Shown here in pieces: positions 30,702-45,722 of a stretch of DNA of 64,000 nt (position 1 is the stretch's first letter; every line of letters starts with the position of its first letter). The notes below the pieces were generated by a model. That model was not told the origin of the DNA, made no database searches, and saw only the letters and a list, made by a program, of their open reading frames with translations. The stretch lies in contig OZ024744.1 of NCBI GenBank assembly GCA_964016885.1, positions 37,696,001-37,760,000 of the forward strand. The letters run 5' to 3'. The DNA comes from Eledone cirrhosa (lineage: Eukaryota). The translations under genes and the position numbers were made by a program.

Positions 30702-31026
30702 AATATATATACACATATATGTGTACATAGACACATACATACACATCAATATACACTCGTACAATATACATACATGCAAAGAGAAAAGCGTGCTAATTGT
30801 AGTTATGGCAAAAAGAAGGTAAAGTAACATTGTAGTAGTGAAATGAGAAAAACTAGGATCTAGGATCAAATGATTGCAGCAGCTGAGAAGGAGTAAGATT
30901 GTTGGTAGATGAGGTATTTACAGACAATTGTGTGGTATAGACTTGTGAAGGAAATAGTATACTTAATGAATATATTTCTGTGGGTAGTAGGTATCCTAAT
31001 TTAAAGCTATGTTATGTTGGTTCGAT

Positions 31027-33120
31027 TCACGGAGGTTTGAATCTTATGAATTTAGTGGCTATTCTATGTCTGCAGAAGATAGATCTTTCTAACTTATTAT
31101 TAAGTAGCCTTTTAACATTTCTAAGGATATACAATAGCTCAAGATCACACAGCCCGCAATAGGACATCCCTGTACTATAGGTTTTAGCAGCCGACAACTT
31201 CGACCAGTTGATAGTGTAGCTAGCGTTGCTGTCCTTCAATTCCCATATTTTTCTGGCGAGGGTGGTGGAACCCATAAGTGCTCGATTTTTCATTGAGTGT
31301 CTGTGCACATACCATCTTTTCTTAAAAGAACCCGCGGTGGATCCTATGTAATTCCAGGTGGAGTTACCCGAGATGACAGTGCACATGTACACCAGGCTCG
31401 AATCGAGACATCTGTTCGCCAATGGGCACCTATCTGGGAGGTGACAGTTGCAGTTTGAGGCGCTATTTTGTGCAGCTTTTACATTCCTATTTAGTACCCT
31501 GTTATAAGTGGGTTGTGATATATGCCCCATGGGGTTTTGCTGCTGCGCGTTTGTATGCGCTTGTGGTTGTGATGTTGTGATGAGTTTGTGCTTATGTATA
31601 GGTGCAATTGATTTACTTGAGATATTTCTGCGGTTGATCTTGCGTATGTGTGATTCTATGTTAGCTGCTGTTGAGAAAGAGAGTTTTATAGTAGATCTAT
31701 TGAGTATTTTGTGATATCTATGCGAGATAGGGAAGTGTTTATCTATTAGTTTAAAGAATGTAGAGGGCAGTCTAGTTTTTATAGAGGAGTTGAATATTGG
31801 GTTGAACCATAGGTATTTTCTTTGTCTGTTTCTTCTATTGTTTCTAGGGTTTACGTTATTAGTGTTTTGGCCGTTTACTCTAGGTGTTACATGTCTAACC
31901 CTATGTCTAGTCAAGCTATTCCTATTATTATGTGAGCGGTTGGAGTAGTAATGTCTAGGATTGTTTACGTTGTCCTTATTCACTATATACTGTAGTTTAT
32001 CTTTATGACCGGCCCTACGTAATGCTGCATTATAATAGTCAGCATGCTCGTTAAAGATTTCTAGGTTTGAGGATAGGCGGGATATTCGGAGGGATATACT
32101 ACGTGCTATGGATTTAATTATGGATTTGGGGTGGTTTGGGTTGTAACTAATGTAGGCAAGATTTTCATTATTTTTGTGGAAAGGTTCTATTAATCCAGTA
32201 TTTAGATTTAGAGTCACATCTAGAAAGTTTACCTTCTTATGGTTCAGTTCGTAGGTAATACGTAGGTCTAGTTTTTTGAAGAATATTCTAATATTTTTCC
32301 TTAGTCTTTCCATGCTCTGGTTGTTTAGGTTCCTAGCTATAAGTAACGTGTCGTCCCTATAAATTCCTCCTTGGAGGTTACTGAATTCCTTATGTAGGTT
32401 GTGTGCTATGAATAGCCCCACGATATCTGTAATTTGCGCAGAATCATTTGATCCCATTGTAATATCGAAGCTATTTATTCTATCCTTTCTTACCCAGTAG
32501 TTATTTTCAAATTTTACGATAGTCCTTCTAGCCGCTATTATTATTTCAATTTCATCATGGGTAAGATTAGAGTTATTTTGGGCAAATATAAGCGCCTTAT
32601 CTAGGGTAGCTGGGGATATGGATGCATAATAGTCGTCTATATCAAATTGTATGAAGTTACACGTCTCCCTATTTTGTATTTTATTGAACCATTTAATTGC
32701 CTCGTTAGTGTTGCCCCATAAATTGATTTCTAGTTTACCCTTTATTTGTGCGATTACCCTATCTAGAATGTTTTTGCTAATTTTACCTATGTCTGACTTA
32801 GATGGGCATATTAATCTAATGGTGGGATTAGTTTCAAAGTTATTTTTGTGATCTTTCAGGTTAAATGTAGGGTTGCACGGGGTAAGCGGTTCGGTCCTAT
32901 CTGAAATTCCGAGTTTATTAACTATCTTGAGGCCCTCCATGTTTATGCTGGTGAGTGTAGATTCATTAGTTTTTTTGTATTGTTTATGTAGTTCACGCTG
33001 AATAAAGTTATTGTATGTGTTAATGTCCATAGAGTATACGTTTGATGTTTTGTCTGCTTTTACTATGATACCGTTAGTGTCTTTTAGTTTTTTAAGTAAT
33101 GTATTTAAGTCATTTTGCAA
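31027..33120 (-). CDS. PLE reverse transcriptase + GIY-YIG endonuclease (N-terminally truncated)
   Basis: KADKT, FIQFDIDDYY, ITMGS, YRDD, FLDVTL, CNC-x5-CPL-x3-C, LVY..NYIGST..FKKRW..H, CGLCDLE, CRH. Confidence 0.92.
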   Translation of the reverse strand: MQNDLNTLLKKLKDTNGIIVKADKTSNVYSMDINTYNNFIQRELHKQYKKTNESTLTSINMEGLKIVNKLGISDRTEPLTPCNPTFNLKDHKNNFETNPTIRLICPSKSDIGKISKNILDRVIAQIKGKLEINLWGNTNEAIKWFNKIQNRETCNFIQFDIDDYYASISPATLDKALIFAQNNSNLTHDEIEIIIAARRTIVKFENNYWVRKDRINSFDITMGSNDSAQITDIVGLFIAHNLHKEFSNLQGGIYRDDTLLIARNLNNQSMERLRKNIRIFFKKLDLRITYELNHKKVNFLDVTLNLNTGLIEPFHKNNENLAYISYNPNHPKSIIKSIARSISLRISRLSSNLEIFNEHADYYNAALRRAGHKDKLQYIVNKDNVNNPRHYYSNRSHNNRNSLTRHRVRHVTPRVNGQNTNNVNPRNNRRNRQRKYLWFNPIFNSSIKTRLPSTFFKLIDKHFPISHRYHKILNRSTIKLSFSTAANIESHIRKINRRNISSKSIAPIHKHKLITTSQPQAHTNAQQQNPMGHISQPTYNRVLNRNVKAAQNSASNCNCHLPDRCPLANRCLDSSLVYMCTVISGNSTWNYIGSTAGSFKKRWYVHRHSMKNRALMGSTTLARKIWELKDSNASYTINWSKLSAAKTYSTGMSYCGLCDLELLYILRNVKRLLNNKLERSIFCRHRIATKFIRFKPP

Positions 33121-33561
33121 TTTGTTGTGATTTGTTCTTTTTTTAAATTTAGTTTATATATGTGTTTATATATGTGTATATATATTTATATTTATATATA
33201 TGTGTGTGTGTGTGCGTATATTAATTCGTTAACCTCTGTATTAACTCTACAACTATTGAGCTTTGACAATGGTCCCACTCATGTATACTGTTGAAGATGA
33301 AGAGAAAGACTGTAAAAACTAGCTTATCTTTATAATTTAAAATTGATACACACTACGATACTTTTTGCCTTATGACAGCTGATTTTCACGCCGTAACATT
33401 AGATACATTATATACCCCCCACCTAAGTAATGTCAGGGTCTCCTTAAATAGTTTATTGATAGCATTGTTGTAATAATTGTTGTTGTTATTGTTCTAATTG
33501 AATGCCATAACTACTCCATATTTTCTTTTCTTTTCTTGCCTGTGTATTTTCTTCATTCTCG

Positions 33562-33675
33562 CATGCTCCGAAGATCAGGACTGGTTATAATTCTGTATTG
33601 GCGATCGAGTGACGCAAAATTAGGCGGATAGCGATCTCTAGACATACCAGTTCAGTGAAACAAATGTAAGCTATG
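33562..33675 (+). ncRNA. Mirror copy of the large hammerhead
   Basis: CCGAAGA at 33568; GAAAC at 33657. Confidence 0.65.
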
Positions 33676-33728
33676 TGATTAAAAACTTTTTTGTATAGCA
33701 AACCATGTAAACCTTCTTTCCTGATTTA

Positions 33729-33820
<92 letters not shown>

Positions 33821-33860
33821 ATGCAAGGTTTTTTGATATGAAATCGTATAATATATATAT

Positions 33861-34739
33861 AGTTATGTAATAAACAACATAAGGCAATTATTTCATTTAC
33901 CAGTGGTTTCTTAAAAGCAAAAAAAATGTTGCTTTCAATCATCAGAATGAAAAAATCATGGTGTGTTTATTGGCGCTGAATTTTAAAAACAAAAATATAA
34001 TCTATATGAAAGTGAGGCTGGAAAAGGAAAATGGAAAGGAAAAAAAAAATAAAAACACACAAGCAAACACACACACACACACAATTATATACATACACAT
34101 ATATATATGCATACACACATATATACACACACACATATACACACACACACATATATGTGTATATATATACATACACATACATATACACATACATACATAC
34201 ACACATAAATATCAACATATCCATACATACACATACATACAAATACACAAACGTGCATACACACACACACACATATACATGCATATATATATATATACAT
34301 AAATATATATATACATACACACATACATATATATATATATATAAATATATATATACATATACATATACATACATATATACATACACATACATACATACAT
34401 ACATACATACATACACACAATCATACGTATATATACACGTACATACATACACATACTTACACACATATATACACGCATACATACGCATGCACAAATATAG
34501 GAATATATACACACTTACATACTCACACACACAAATAAATATAAGAAAAAATATATAATAATAAAAAAATAAAATGAATATAAAGATTATTATAGTGTTG
34601 ACAGCGATACAGGCAACAAATAAATAAACAAACACACGTGGTAAGCAATACACACAAATGCACGTACACATACATACGTAAAAATAAATACATACATACA
34701 CACACATACACATACATATACATATGTACACACACATAC

Positions 34740-34812
<73 letters not shown>

Positions 34813-34954
34813 CATATCCATACATACATATCCATACATACTTACACATACATATACATGCCTATCACAAACACATACATACAAATACAAACACACACAT
34901 ATATGTGTGTAAAACTCATTCTTAGATAATTCATATGAACCTTGTTTAACTCTA
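33861..34954 (-). repeat. Left arm of ~1.1-kb inverted repeat (partner 43371-44553); hammerhead at 33892-33951 (-)
   Basis: Unique segments are reverse-complementary to 43371-44553. Confidence 0.85.
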
Positions 34955-34965
34955 AAATATATATA

Positions 34966-35558
34966 TATAAACGGAAAAAATGAAACGAAATTTCATTTCC
35001 CACTCTTAGTACGGGTGTTACTTAAATATAAGTATGTACACGTACATACATATATGTATACAGACGTACAGTAGTATGTATATATACATACATGCACACA
35101 CATATATATATGCACGTATGGATTCACCGAACATTTATTATAATGCTCGGTGTGTTTGTAAACAAACATCCCGTATTAAGCCGTAGTGTCCAGCAACCAT
35201 CGCTGCTCGTTTGTTCAACACTGATAAAGGAATGCTGTACTAGTTTCAAGCTTATTAGCTATCGTCAGCAACGTATACCTTCCTGTCAGATTGTGAACGT
35301 ATATGCTTACCTTATGCATATTAACGGCTGAGTGGCCCAATTTGCATATTGAGTGGGTTAATCGGCCGGGTGCACCGAAAACGATAAACGGAAAAAATGA
35401 AACGAAATTTCATTTCCCACTCTTAGTACGGCTGTTACTTAAATATAAGTATGTACACGTACATACATATATGTATACAGACGTACAGTAGTATGTATAT
35501 ATATATACATACATGCACACATATAGATATGCACGTATGGATTCACCGAACATTTATA
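34966..35558 (+). repeat. ~420-bp unit plus partial tandem copy
   Basis: taaacggaaaaaatgaaacg at 34967 and 35385; second copy ends at ~35558. Confidence 0.85.
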
Positions 35559-35569
35559 TATATATACAC

Positions 35570-37871
<2,302 letters not shown>

Positions 37872-37875
<4 letters not shown>

Positions 37876-38190
37876 AAAGTTCTATTTAAATTGTTGGGAT
37901 ACAACAAGCAAATATTTTTATAACTGATATAAAGCACTCAACAAGTTTTGGAGTAAAAATACGATATTAACAAATGGAAACTATATTTATAAAACCATAT
38001 TTATTTTATTATACATATTTCAAGAACACCACGTTAAATTATGGTGTGCTTACATCAGATAAAATACAATATAGATCAGTTTTATAAATAAATATTGACA
38101 TACCCTTAAAAAAATGCAACCATTACTGTTGGAAGCTCCCGAAATATGTATAATATAATAAATATGGTTTTATAAATATAGTTTCCATTT

Positions 38191-38192
<2 letters not shown>
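37872..38192. mobile_element. Fold-back PLE derivative (family of 19460-19810); hammerhead 38002-38066 (-) with A9>T
   Basis: IR 37968-38020 / 38140-38192; CTGATGT core. Confidence 0.7.
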
Positions 38193-38228
<36 letters not shown>

Positions 38229-38309
38229 AAATTATTGAGCCCTCTGCCACACATGTCGGATATTGTTTATCGTTAATTCGTGAGCTGTTTTTCCGATTCT
38301 CGATTATTC

Positions 38310-38358
<49 letters not shown>

Positions 38359-38383
38359 TATATATATGTGTGTGTGTGTGTGG

Positions 38384-38417
<34 letters not shown>

Positions 38418-39413
38418 ATGCATACGTATGTGTATGTATATGTGTGTGCAGGTATATATATTTTTATTTTTAATATGTAATATTTTTTCGTAATATTTTT
38501 TAGTTTTCTATTTTATTATTATTTATTATTATTATTATTATTATTATTTTTTTGTTTTTATTTCTGATATTTTTTTTTTTTATTTATATATTGAAATCTG
38601 TTCTCTATTTCTGCTTGATAGATAATCATGTAGAGTAAAGACAAGAATAAATAGTATTGTTAAAATTAATATAGACTCTATATATATGTGTATATATATA
38701 CACATATATGTATACTTAAATTTTTATAGCACAATGAGAATGTTCTCCGTGTGAAATTGGGGTTTGCAGAGTTGATCACGTAAATTCACATCGATGTTTG
38801 TAGTTATCATATAAACATATGAATTTTTAAAACTAAACATAAGATCATTACTTTTCACACATTATGGAAACGTGTCTCATTCAGGAATACTGATATTTAC
38901 ATTATAGTGCCTGGTTTTTATACATACTAATACGTCTACATTAAAACATAGGGTTTTTATGCCTCGCCTATGTCTGGTTACTTTTCATTTTTCTCTCTAT
39001 ATAACAGCTGGTTTCTCTCCTAACCACATATATCTCCCTTACATTAATACTAGAGCTAAATAAATAAATAAATAAATAAATGTATCATTGATACGTTTAT
39101 TCAACGGATGTCCAACTACCTACTTTTCTCTATATATATCTATCTCTATCTATTTCCTCTCTCTATATATATCTCTCTCTGTTTCTTTACATGAAGTTCT
39201 TCTCTTTATCTATCTTTCCATCTCTCTATTTTGGTACATGCATTTCTTCTTTTTCTTCTTTTTCTTCGTTTTCTTTCTTTCTTTTCTTTCTTTCCTTCTT
39301 TCTCTCTTTCTTTCTTTCTGTTTACAATTTTTCACTGCCAAATCAACTTTTCAAATACAAGTCGATGTTGAACGGTATGTCAAATCTATTTATCTATAAA
39401 ACTGTCTATATTG

Positions 39414-39479
39414 TATTTTGTCTGAGGAAGGCATAGCATATTGTTAATATGATATCCCTGAAATATATATAATGAAATA
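39414..39479 (+). ncRNA. Type I hammerhead in the 5' pLTR
   Basis: tattttgt-CTGAGGA-agg..cct-GAAAtatataTA-atgaaata. Confidence 0.75.
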
Positions 39480-39657
39480 AATATGGTTTTATAAATATAG
39501 TTTCCATTTATTTAATATCGTAAATATACTCCAAATACTTGTTGAGTGCTTTTATATCAGTTATAAATATTTACTAGTTGTAACCCAACAATCTAAATAT
39601 AACTTTCCATGTATCTTGCTCCAATACTGTTGAGCGCTTTATATTATAACTGAAAAA

Positions 39658-41871
39658 ATGGAATTCTTTAAGATTACTTCCTCTTTAAAAGACATACCTC
39701 TACCTAGAAACAAAGACTTTATAAAACAATTAATAGATAAATCTGACTCTTTTATAAGGAGAATCAGGTGGCGAGCATTCCACTTTGATAAATCTAATAT
39801 AAATGAAAATGTCTCGGACTTAAACAAAGTTTTCAAATCTAAAAGAAATCCACCCCCTAACAAACTTTTATCTGACATTGAAAACGATATAATTTCTATC
39901 ATACAAGGGGTCAAATTCAAGAGAAACTTCAAAGGCCAGGAATATCTGAAAGGCATTAAGGATAATATTGAGAGCTTAGAGAAAACTGAGAAGATCTTGG
40001 TGAAATCTGACAAGACCAACAACCTCTATGGAGTGCAGAAAGACATGTATAATGGCCTCATACTGAAGGAACTGAGGAAAAAGTACAAGGTAGCAGATAA
40101 GGCCGAGCTTGAGAAAATGAATGTCGAAGCATCTTGTATAATGCACGAGTTGGAAATTGAGAGCAGAACACAACCTTTCGTGCCCAGGAAACCGAAGATC
40201 AATATGAAAGATCACAAAAGGAATTTTGAAAATGACTTGCCAGTTAGATTGATCGCACCATCAAAATCGGACCTGGGCAAATTAAGCAAAAACATTCTTG
40301 ACAGGGTGATACAGCAAATTAAGAACTTGGATTGTTTACCTAACCTGAGCTTGTGGAAGGGAACTGGAGAGGTTGTTGAGTGGTTTAAGCAAATTAAATA
40401 TAACAATAATAATAAGTTTATTCAACTTGATATTGCTAACTATTATTCTTCTATTACCCCTAATCTACTAAATAAGGCACTAAATTACGCATTCAAACAT
40501 ACAGACCTAACTAGAAATGAAATGCACATTATATTATCGGCTAGGAAAACATTGATAGAATTTAATGACCAACTATGGACCAGAGCAGATAGAGATAGCA
40601 ATATTGACATTACTATGGGATCATCCGACTCAGCTCAGGTAACTGACCTTGTGGGCTTATTTTTAATCAATTCGCTACATAGGAAAATACCTGGTACTAC
40701 CGGAGGTTTATATAGAGATGGCATGCTTTTACTTATTGATAATAATAACTCTGAACTAAATAGAAAAAGTAAACAAATTACACAATTTTTTAATTACTTT
40801 AATCTTAAAATAGAAATTGAGAACAACCATAGAATAGTCAATTTCCTAGATATAACATTAAATCTCAACACATGTCTTCACTATCCTTTTCACAAGTTGA
40901 ATGAAAACTTAAACTATGTCAGCTTTAACTCTAACCACCCCAGATCTGTCAAAAACACTATAGTAAACTCTGTTCAAAAACGTATCTCTAGAATCTCGTC
41001 TAATAGAAAGATTTTCGACGAAAAAGCGCAGTACTACAATGAAGCGTTAGCTAGAGCAGGATATAGTGATAAGATTATGTACATAGATAATGATAGACAA
41101 ACTAAACAAAATAACAACTATTTTAATTACGGCAACAACCTTAACAACTATAATAGAAAGCATTACAATAATTCCAAAAGCCAAAAAAGAAATAGAACTA
41201 GGAACATAATTTGGTCCCCCCCCCCTTTCTCACTAAACATTAAAACCCACATCGCTAAACTATTTTTTAAAGCTCTTGATAATCGCTTCCCTAGAACACA
41301 TAGGTATCACTCAATTTTCAACAGACATACTATAAAATTAACCTACTCATCCACCAAAAATTTAGCTCAAAATATTAATAGAATAAATAATAGGAACTTA
41401 AAACCTAGTGATAATAGCATAAATAATATACAAGTTAACAAATGTAACTGTAGAGATAGATCTAAATGTCCGTTAAATAACAACTGCTTAGTTAAAAATA
41501 TAATATACAATTGTAATGTTAAAACTGACTCTAATTCTTTTAACTACGTCGGTTCCACATCGACGGAATTTAAACTTCGCTATAATAACCACAAGAATTC
41601 TTTCACAGATCCAAGCAAAAAATCTTCAACAGCACTATCAGGCGTACTCTGGCAACTTAAGCTAGATAACGTTAGATATTTGACGGCTTGGAATATAGTC
41701 TCAAGAGGGATTCCTTTTAATTCATCCTCTGAGACATGTGACCTCTGCGCAGAGGAGATATTCTTTATACTAAAATCTAAAAATTCCCTTAATCTACGGA
41801 CAAATTTATTCAGTTGCTGCAAACATAGATTAAACTCAACTTTTAAATATAAATTTAAATTTAAAATGTAG
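39658..41871 (+). CDS. PLE RT + GIY-YIG endonuclease, 737 aa; catalytic YRDD changed to YRDG
   Basis: SLKDIP, RIRWRAFHF, KSDKT, FIQLDIANYY, ITMGS, YRDG, FLDITL, CNCRDRSKCPLNNNC, IIY..YVGST..FKLRY..H, CDLCAEE. Confidence 0.92.
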   Translation: MEFFKITSSLKDIPLPRNKDFIKQLIDKSDSFIRRIRWRAFHFDKSNINENVSDLNKVFKSKRNPPPNKLLSDIENDIISIIQGVKFKRNFKGQEYLKGIKDNIESLEKTEKILVKSDKTNNLYGVQKDMYNGLILKELRKKYKVADKAELEKMNVEASCIMHELEIESRTQPFVPRKPKINMKDHKRNFENDLPVRLIAPSKSDLGKLSKNILDRVIQQIKNLDCLPNLSLWKGTGEVVEWFKQIKYNNNNKFIQLDIANYYSSITPNLLNKALNYAFKHTDLTRNEMHIILSARKTLIEFNDQLWTRADRDSNIDITMGSSDSAQVTDLVGLFLINSLHRKIPGTTGGLYRDGMLLLIDNNNSELNRKSKQITQFFNYFNLKIEIENNHRIVNFLDITLNLNTCLHYPFHKLNENLNYVSFNSNHPRSVKNTIVNSVQKRISRISSNRKIFDEKAQYYNEALARAGYSDKIMYIDNDRQTKQNNNYFNYGNNLNNYNRKHYNNSKSQKRNRTRNIIWSPPPFSLNIKTHIAKLFFKALDNRFPRTHRYHSIFNRHTIKLTYSSTKNLAQNINRINNRNLKPSDNSINNIQVNKCNCRDRSKCPLNNNCLVKNIIYNCNVKTDSNSFNYVGSTSTEFKLRYNNHKNSFTDPSKKSSTALSGVLWQLKLDNVRYLTAWNIVSRGIPFNSSSETCDLCAEEIFFILKSKNSLNLRTNLFSCCKHRLNSTFKYKFKFKM

Positions 41872-43216
41872 TATATTTAGTTTGATTTATATTTATTTGG
41901 GAAACTAGCCGATAAATATTTCGATTTCTTCTTTTTATTCTTCTTTTTATTTTTATTTTTATTTAAACATTCTTCATGAAAAATTAAACTAAAAGTTGAT
42001 GCTCCAAATATTTCGAATAAACGTTACACTAGATAAACTTCTATATTAAATATAAGAACACATGTAGACCAAATGGGCATCCTAATCTTTTTGAAATGAT
42101 TTTTGCTAGACGCGATTTGATAAATAATTTTTAGCTTTATCTGTTTTCGACTCTGATGCTTATAATGAACTTGGCAATATATTGTCAACTAATTTTGAAG
42201 GGTTGATCTTTGTGGTTTATTTTTATTATTGTAGTATTTTCTAATATTTTTATTTTTAATATGTAATATTTTTTCGTAATACTTTTTAGTTTTCTATTTT
42301 ATTATTATTTATTATTATTATTATTATTTTTTTGTTTTTATTTCTGATATTTTTTTTATTTTTTTTTTAAATTTTATTTTATTAATATATTGAAATCTGT
42401 TCTCTATTTCTGCTTGATAGATAATCATCTAGAGTAAAGACAAGAATAAATAGTATTGTTAAAATTAATATAGACTCTATATATATGTGTATATATATAC
42501 ACATATATGTATACTTAAATTTTTATAGCACAATGAGAATGTTCTCCGTGTGAAATTGGGGTTTGCAGAGTTGATCACGTAAATTCACATCGATGTTTGT
42601 AGTTATCATATAAACATATGAATTTTTAAAACTAAACATAAGATCATTACTTTTCACATATTATGGATACGTGTCTCATTCAGGAATACTGATATTTACA
42701 TTATAGTGCCTGGTTTTTATACATACTAATACTTCTACATTAAAACATAGGGTTTTTATGCCTCGCCTATGTCTGGTTACTTTTCATTTTTCTCTCTATA
42801 TAACAGCTGGTTTCTCTCCTAACCACATATATCTCCCTTACATTAATACTAGAGCCAAATAAATAAATAAATAAATAAATAAATGTATCATTGATACGTT
42901 TATTCAACGGATGTCCAACTACCTACTTTTCTCTATATATATCTATCTCTATCTATTTCCTCTCTCTATATATATCTCTCTCTGTTTCTTTACATGAAGT
43001 TCTTCTCTTTATCTATCTTTCCATCTCTCTATTTTGGTACATGCATTTCTTCTTTTTCTTCTTTTTCTTCGTTTTCTTTCTTTCTTTTCTTTCTTTCCTT
43101 CTTTCTCTCTTTCTTTCTTTCTGTTTACAATTTTTCACTGCCAAATCAACTTTTCAAATACAAGTCGATGTTGAACGGTATGTCAAATCTATTTATCTAT
43201 AAAACTGTCTATATTG

Positions 43217-43282
43217 TATTTTGTCTGAGGAAGGCATAGGATATTGTTAATATGATATCCCTGAAATATATATAATGAAATA
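43217..43282 (+). ncRNA. Type I hammerhead in the 3' pLTR
   Basis: Same motif as 39414-39479. Confidence 0.75.
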
Positions 43283-43322
43283 AATATGGTTTTATAAATA
43301 TAGTTTCCATTTATTTAATATC

Positions 43323-43370
<48 letters not shown>

Positions 43371-43374
<4 letters not shown>

Positions 43375-44553
43375 GTTAAAGAAGGTTCATATGAATTATC
43401 TAAGAATGAGTTTTACACATATATATATGTGTGGGTTTGTATTTGTATGTATGTGTTTGTGATATGTATGTATATGGATGTGTATGTATGTATATGGATA
43501 TATATGTATGTATATATATATATGTATATATGTATGTGTGTATACATATGTATATATGTGTATGTGTGTGTATGTATATGTGTATGCGTATGTATGTGTT
43601 TATGTATTTGTATATGTATGTGTATGTGTGAGAGTGTGTGTATGTATTTATGTTTACGTATGTATGTGTACGTGCATTTGTGTGTATTGCTTACCACGTG
43701 TGTTTGTTTATTTATTTGTTGCCTGTATCGCTGTCAACACTATAATAATCTTTATATTCATTTTTATATTTTTATTATTATATATTTTTTCTTATATTTA
43801 TTTGTGTGTGTGAGTATGTAAGTCTGTATATATTCCTATATTTGTGCATGCGTATGTATGCGTGTATATATGTGTGTATGTATGTGTATGTATGTACGTG
43901 TGTATATACGTATGATTGTGTGTATGTATGTATGTATGTATGTATGTATGTATGTATGTATGTATGTATGTATGTATGTATGTGTATGTATATATGTATG
44001 TATATGTATGTGTATGTATATATATATATATACATATGTATGTGTGTGTATATATATGTATGTGTGTATATGTATGTATATATATGTTTATGTATATATA
44101 TATATATATATATATATGCATGTATATGTGTGTGTGTGTGTGTGTGTATGCACGTTTGTGTATTTGTATGTATGTGTATGTATGGATATGTTGATATGTA
44201 TGTGTGTATGTATGTATGTGTATATGTATGTATATGTATATATATACACATATATATCTGTGTGTGTGTATATATGTGTGTGTGTATGTATGTGTGTATG
44301 TATATATATATATATATGTGTATGTATATAATTGTGTGTGTGTGTTTGCATGTGTGTTTTTATTTATTTTTTTTCCTTTGCTTCTACCTTTTCCAGCCTC
44401 ACTTTCATATAGATTATATTTTTGTTTTTAAAATCCAGCGCCAATAAACACACCATGATTTTTTCATTCTGATGATTGAAAGCAAAATTGTTTTGCTTTT
44501 AAGAAACCACTGGTAAATGAAATAATTGCCTTATGTTGTTTATTACATAACTA
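43371..44553 (+). repeat. Right arm of ~1.1-kb inverted repeat (partner 33861-34954)
   Basis: Reverse-complement match. Confidence 0.85.
44463..44521 (+). ncRNA. Canonical type I hammerhead
   Basis: ttcatt-CTGATGA-ttgaaagc/gcttttaa-GAAACC-act-GGTA-aatgaa; all three stems pair. Confidence 0.88.
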
Positions 44554-44618
44554 TTAATCTCAGTTACCTACATAGAGCACTCTTTTTTCGTGGACTTTTC
44601 CGACGGAATTACTTCATT

Positions 44619-44683
<65 letters not shown>

Positions 44684-45164
44684 GTGTGTGTGTATACGTT
44701 TGTATCTATGTATGAGAAAACAAGGCTAGCTATGAGTATTTTCATGACGCAGCTATTTCAGAAGCCGTGTGGGAAACGCCAGATCCCAGTCTTACAGGAC
44801 ATTTTATCCATCACATGTTACATTTACTCACTCGGTTTTTTATAGGAGGGAAGGACTTACAGCTTATATACGTTTATCCCTCTCACACATTTACCGAGTT
44901 AGGTGTAACATGATCATAGCTTTAAATACTGATATTGAGACATATTCATGTTTATTGTAAATACAATATCATATGTGCCTTTATATGCATATCTATTATG
45001 AATCCCGCTATGTTATTGCTACTGCTAATTAAGCCCAGGTCGATATGCATGCACTGTATTCACTATATGCAAATGAGCATCACCAGTAGGTGATGTACAC
45101 GCAAAACGTTATACATTATATATATACATACAAGCTACACTTACGTACACACCCACGGCCATAT

Positions 45165-45219
<55 letters not shown>

Positions 45220-45247
45220 AATAATAATAAATATCATTATTTATATA

Positions 45248-45279
<32 letters not shown>

Positions 45280-45582
45280 AATATTATTTATACTTATATA
45301 TACACTATATATAACTATAAACAGGAAAGGTCAGTAATTCATTACTACCTTATTACCAGTAAGAAAAATAGCTCAATGTAAATACATCAGATGATTTACA
45401 GAGCAGGAATATAAATTACAGAATAATCCAAACTATGTTCAAAACATTTTATTGCTGACAATCGTTTCTTCCAAACGAAAGTTTGGGATTATCGGAGCTA
45501 AAATTCCTTTAGTCAAAAATACGGTGAAAGCTATTACATTTTCTAATTTCAAACCTGCTCACTGTTTCAAAACATACTTACT

Positions 45583-45646
<64 letters not shown>

Positions 45647-45722
45647 CGAAGGAAATGTGGTAAGGAACCAGGTGGACCATAACGCACCAAAGTACTCAAT
45701 ACTTAGGGTAGTAGAGTGGGTA

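Larger units (their letters stand above)
30119..33729 (-). mobile_element. Naiad-type Penelope-like element, 5'-truncated, with an inverted pLTR pair (30119-30635 / 33213-33729)
   Basis: RT-GIY-YIG ORF flanked by ~517-bp near-identical inverted repeats that carry hammerheads; the inverted 5' pLTR is typical of PLEs. Confidence 0.9.
38458..43325 (+). mobile_element. Full-length Naiad-type Penelope-like element with ~1.07-kb direct pLTRs (38458-39522 / 42244-43325)
   Basis: Near-identical direct repeats flank a complete ORF; a hammerhead lies near the 3' end of each repeat. Confidence 0.93.

Noticed and set aside
30119-33729. TIR DNA transposon carrying an RT
   Set aside because: The inverted repeats are the PLE's own 3' pLTR copied in inverted orientation at a 5' truncation, a known Penelope structure; no transposase
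39088-39436. Duplicated small hydrophobic ORFs (also 42891-43239)
   Set aside because: CT-rich low-complexity pLTR sequence, duplicated because it lies in the direct repeat
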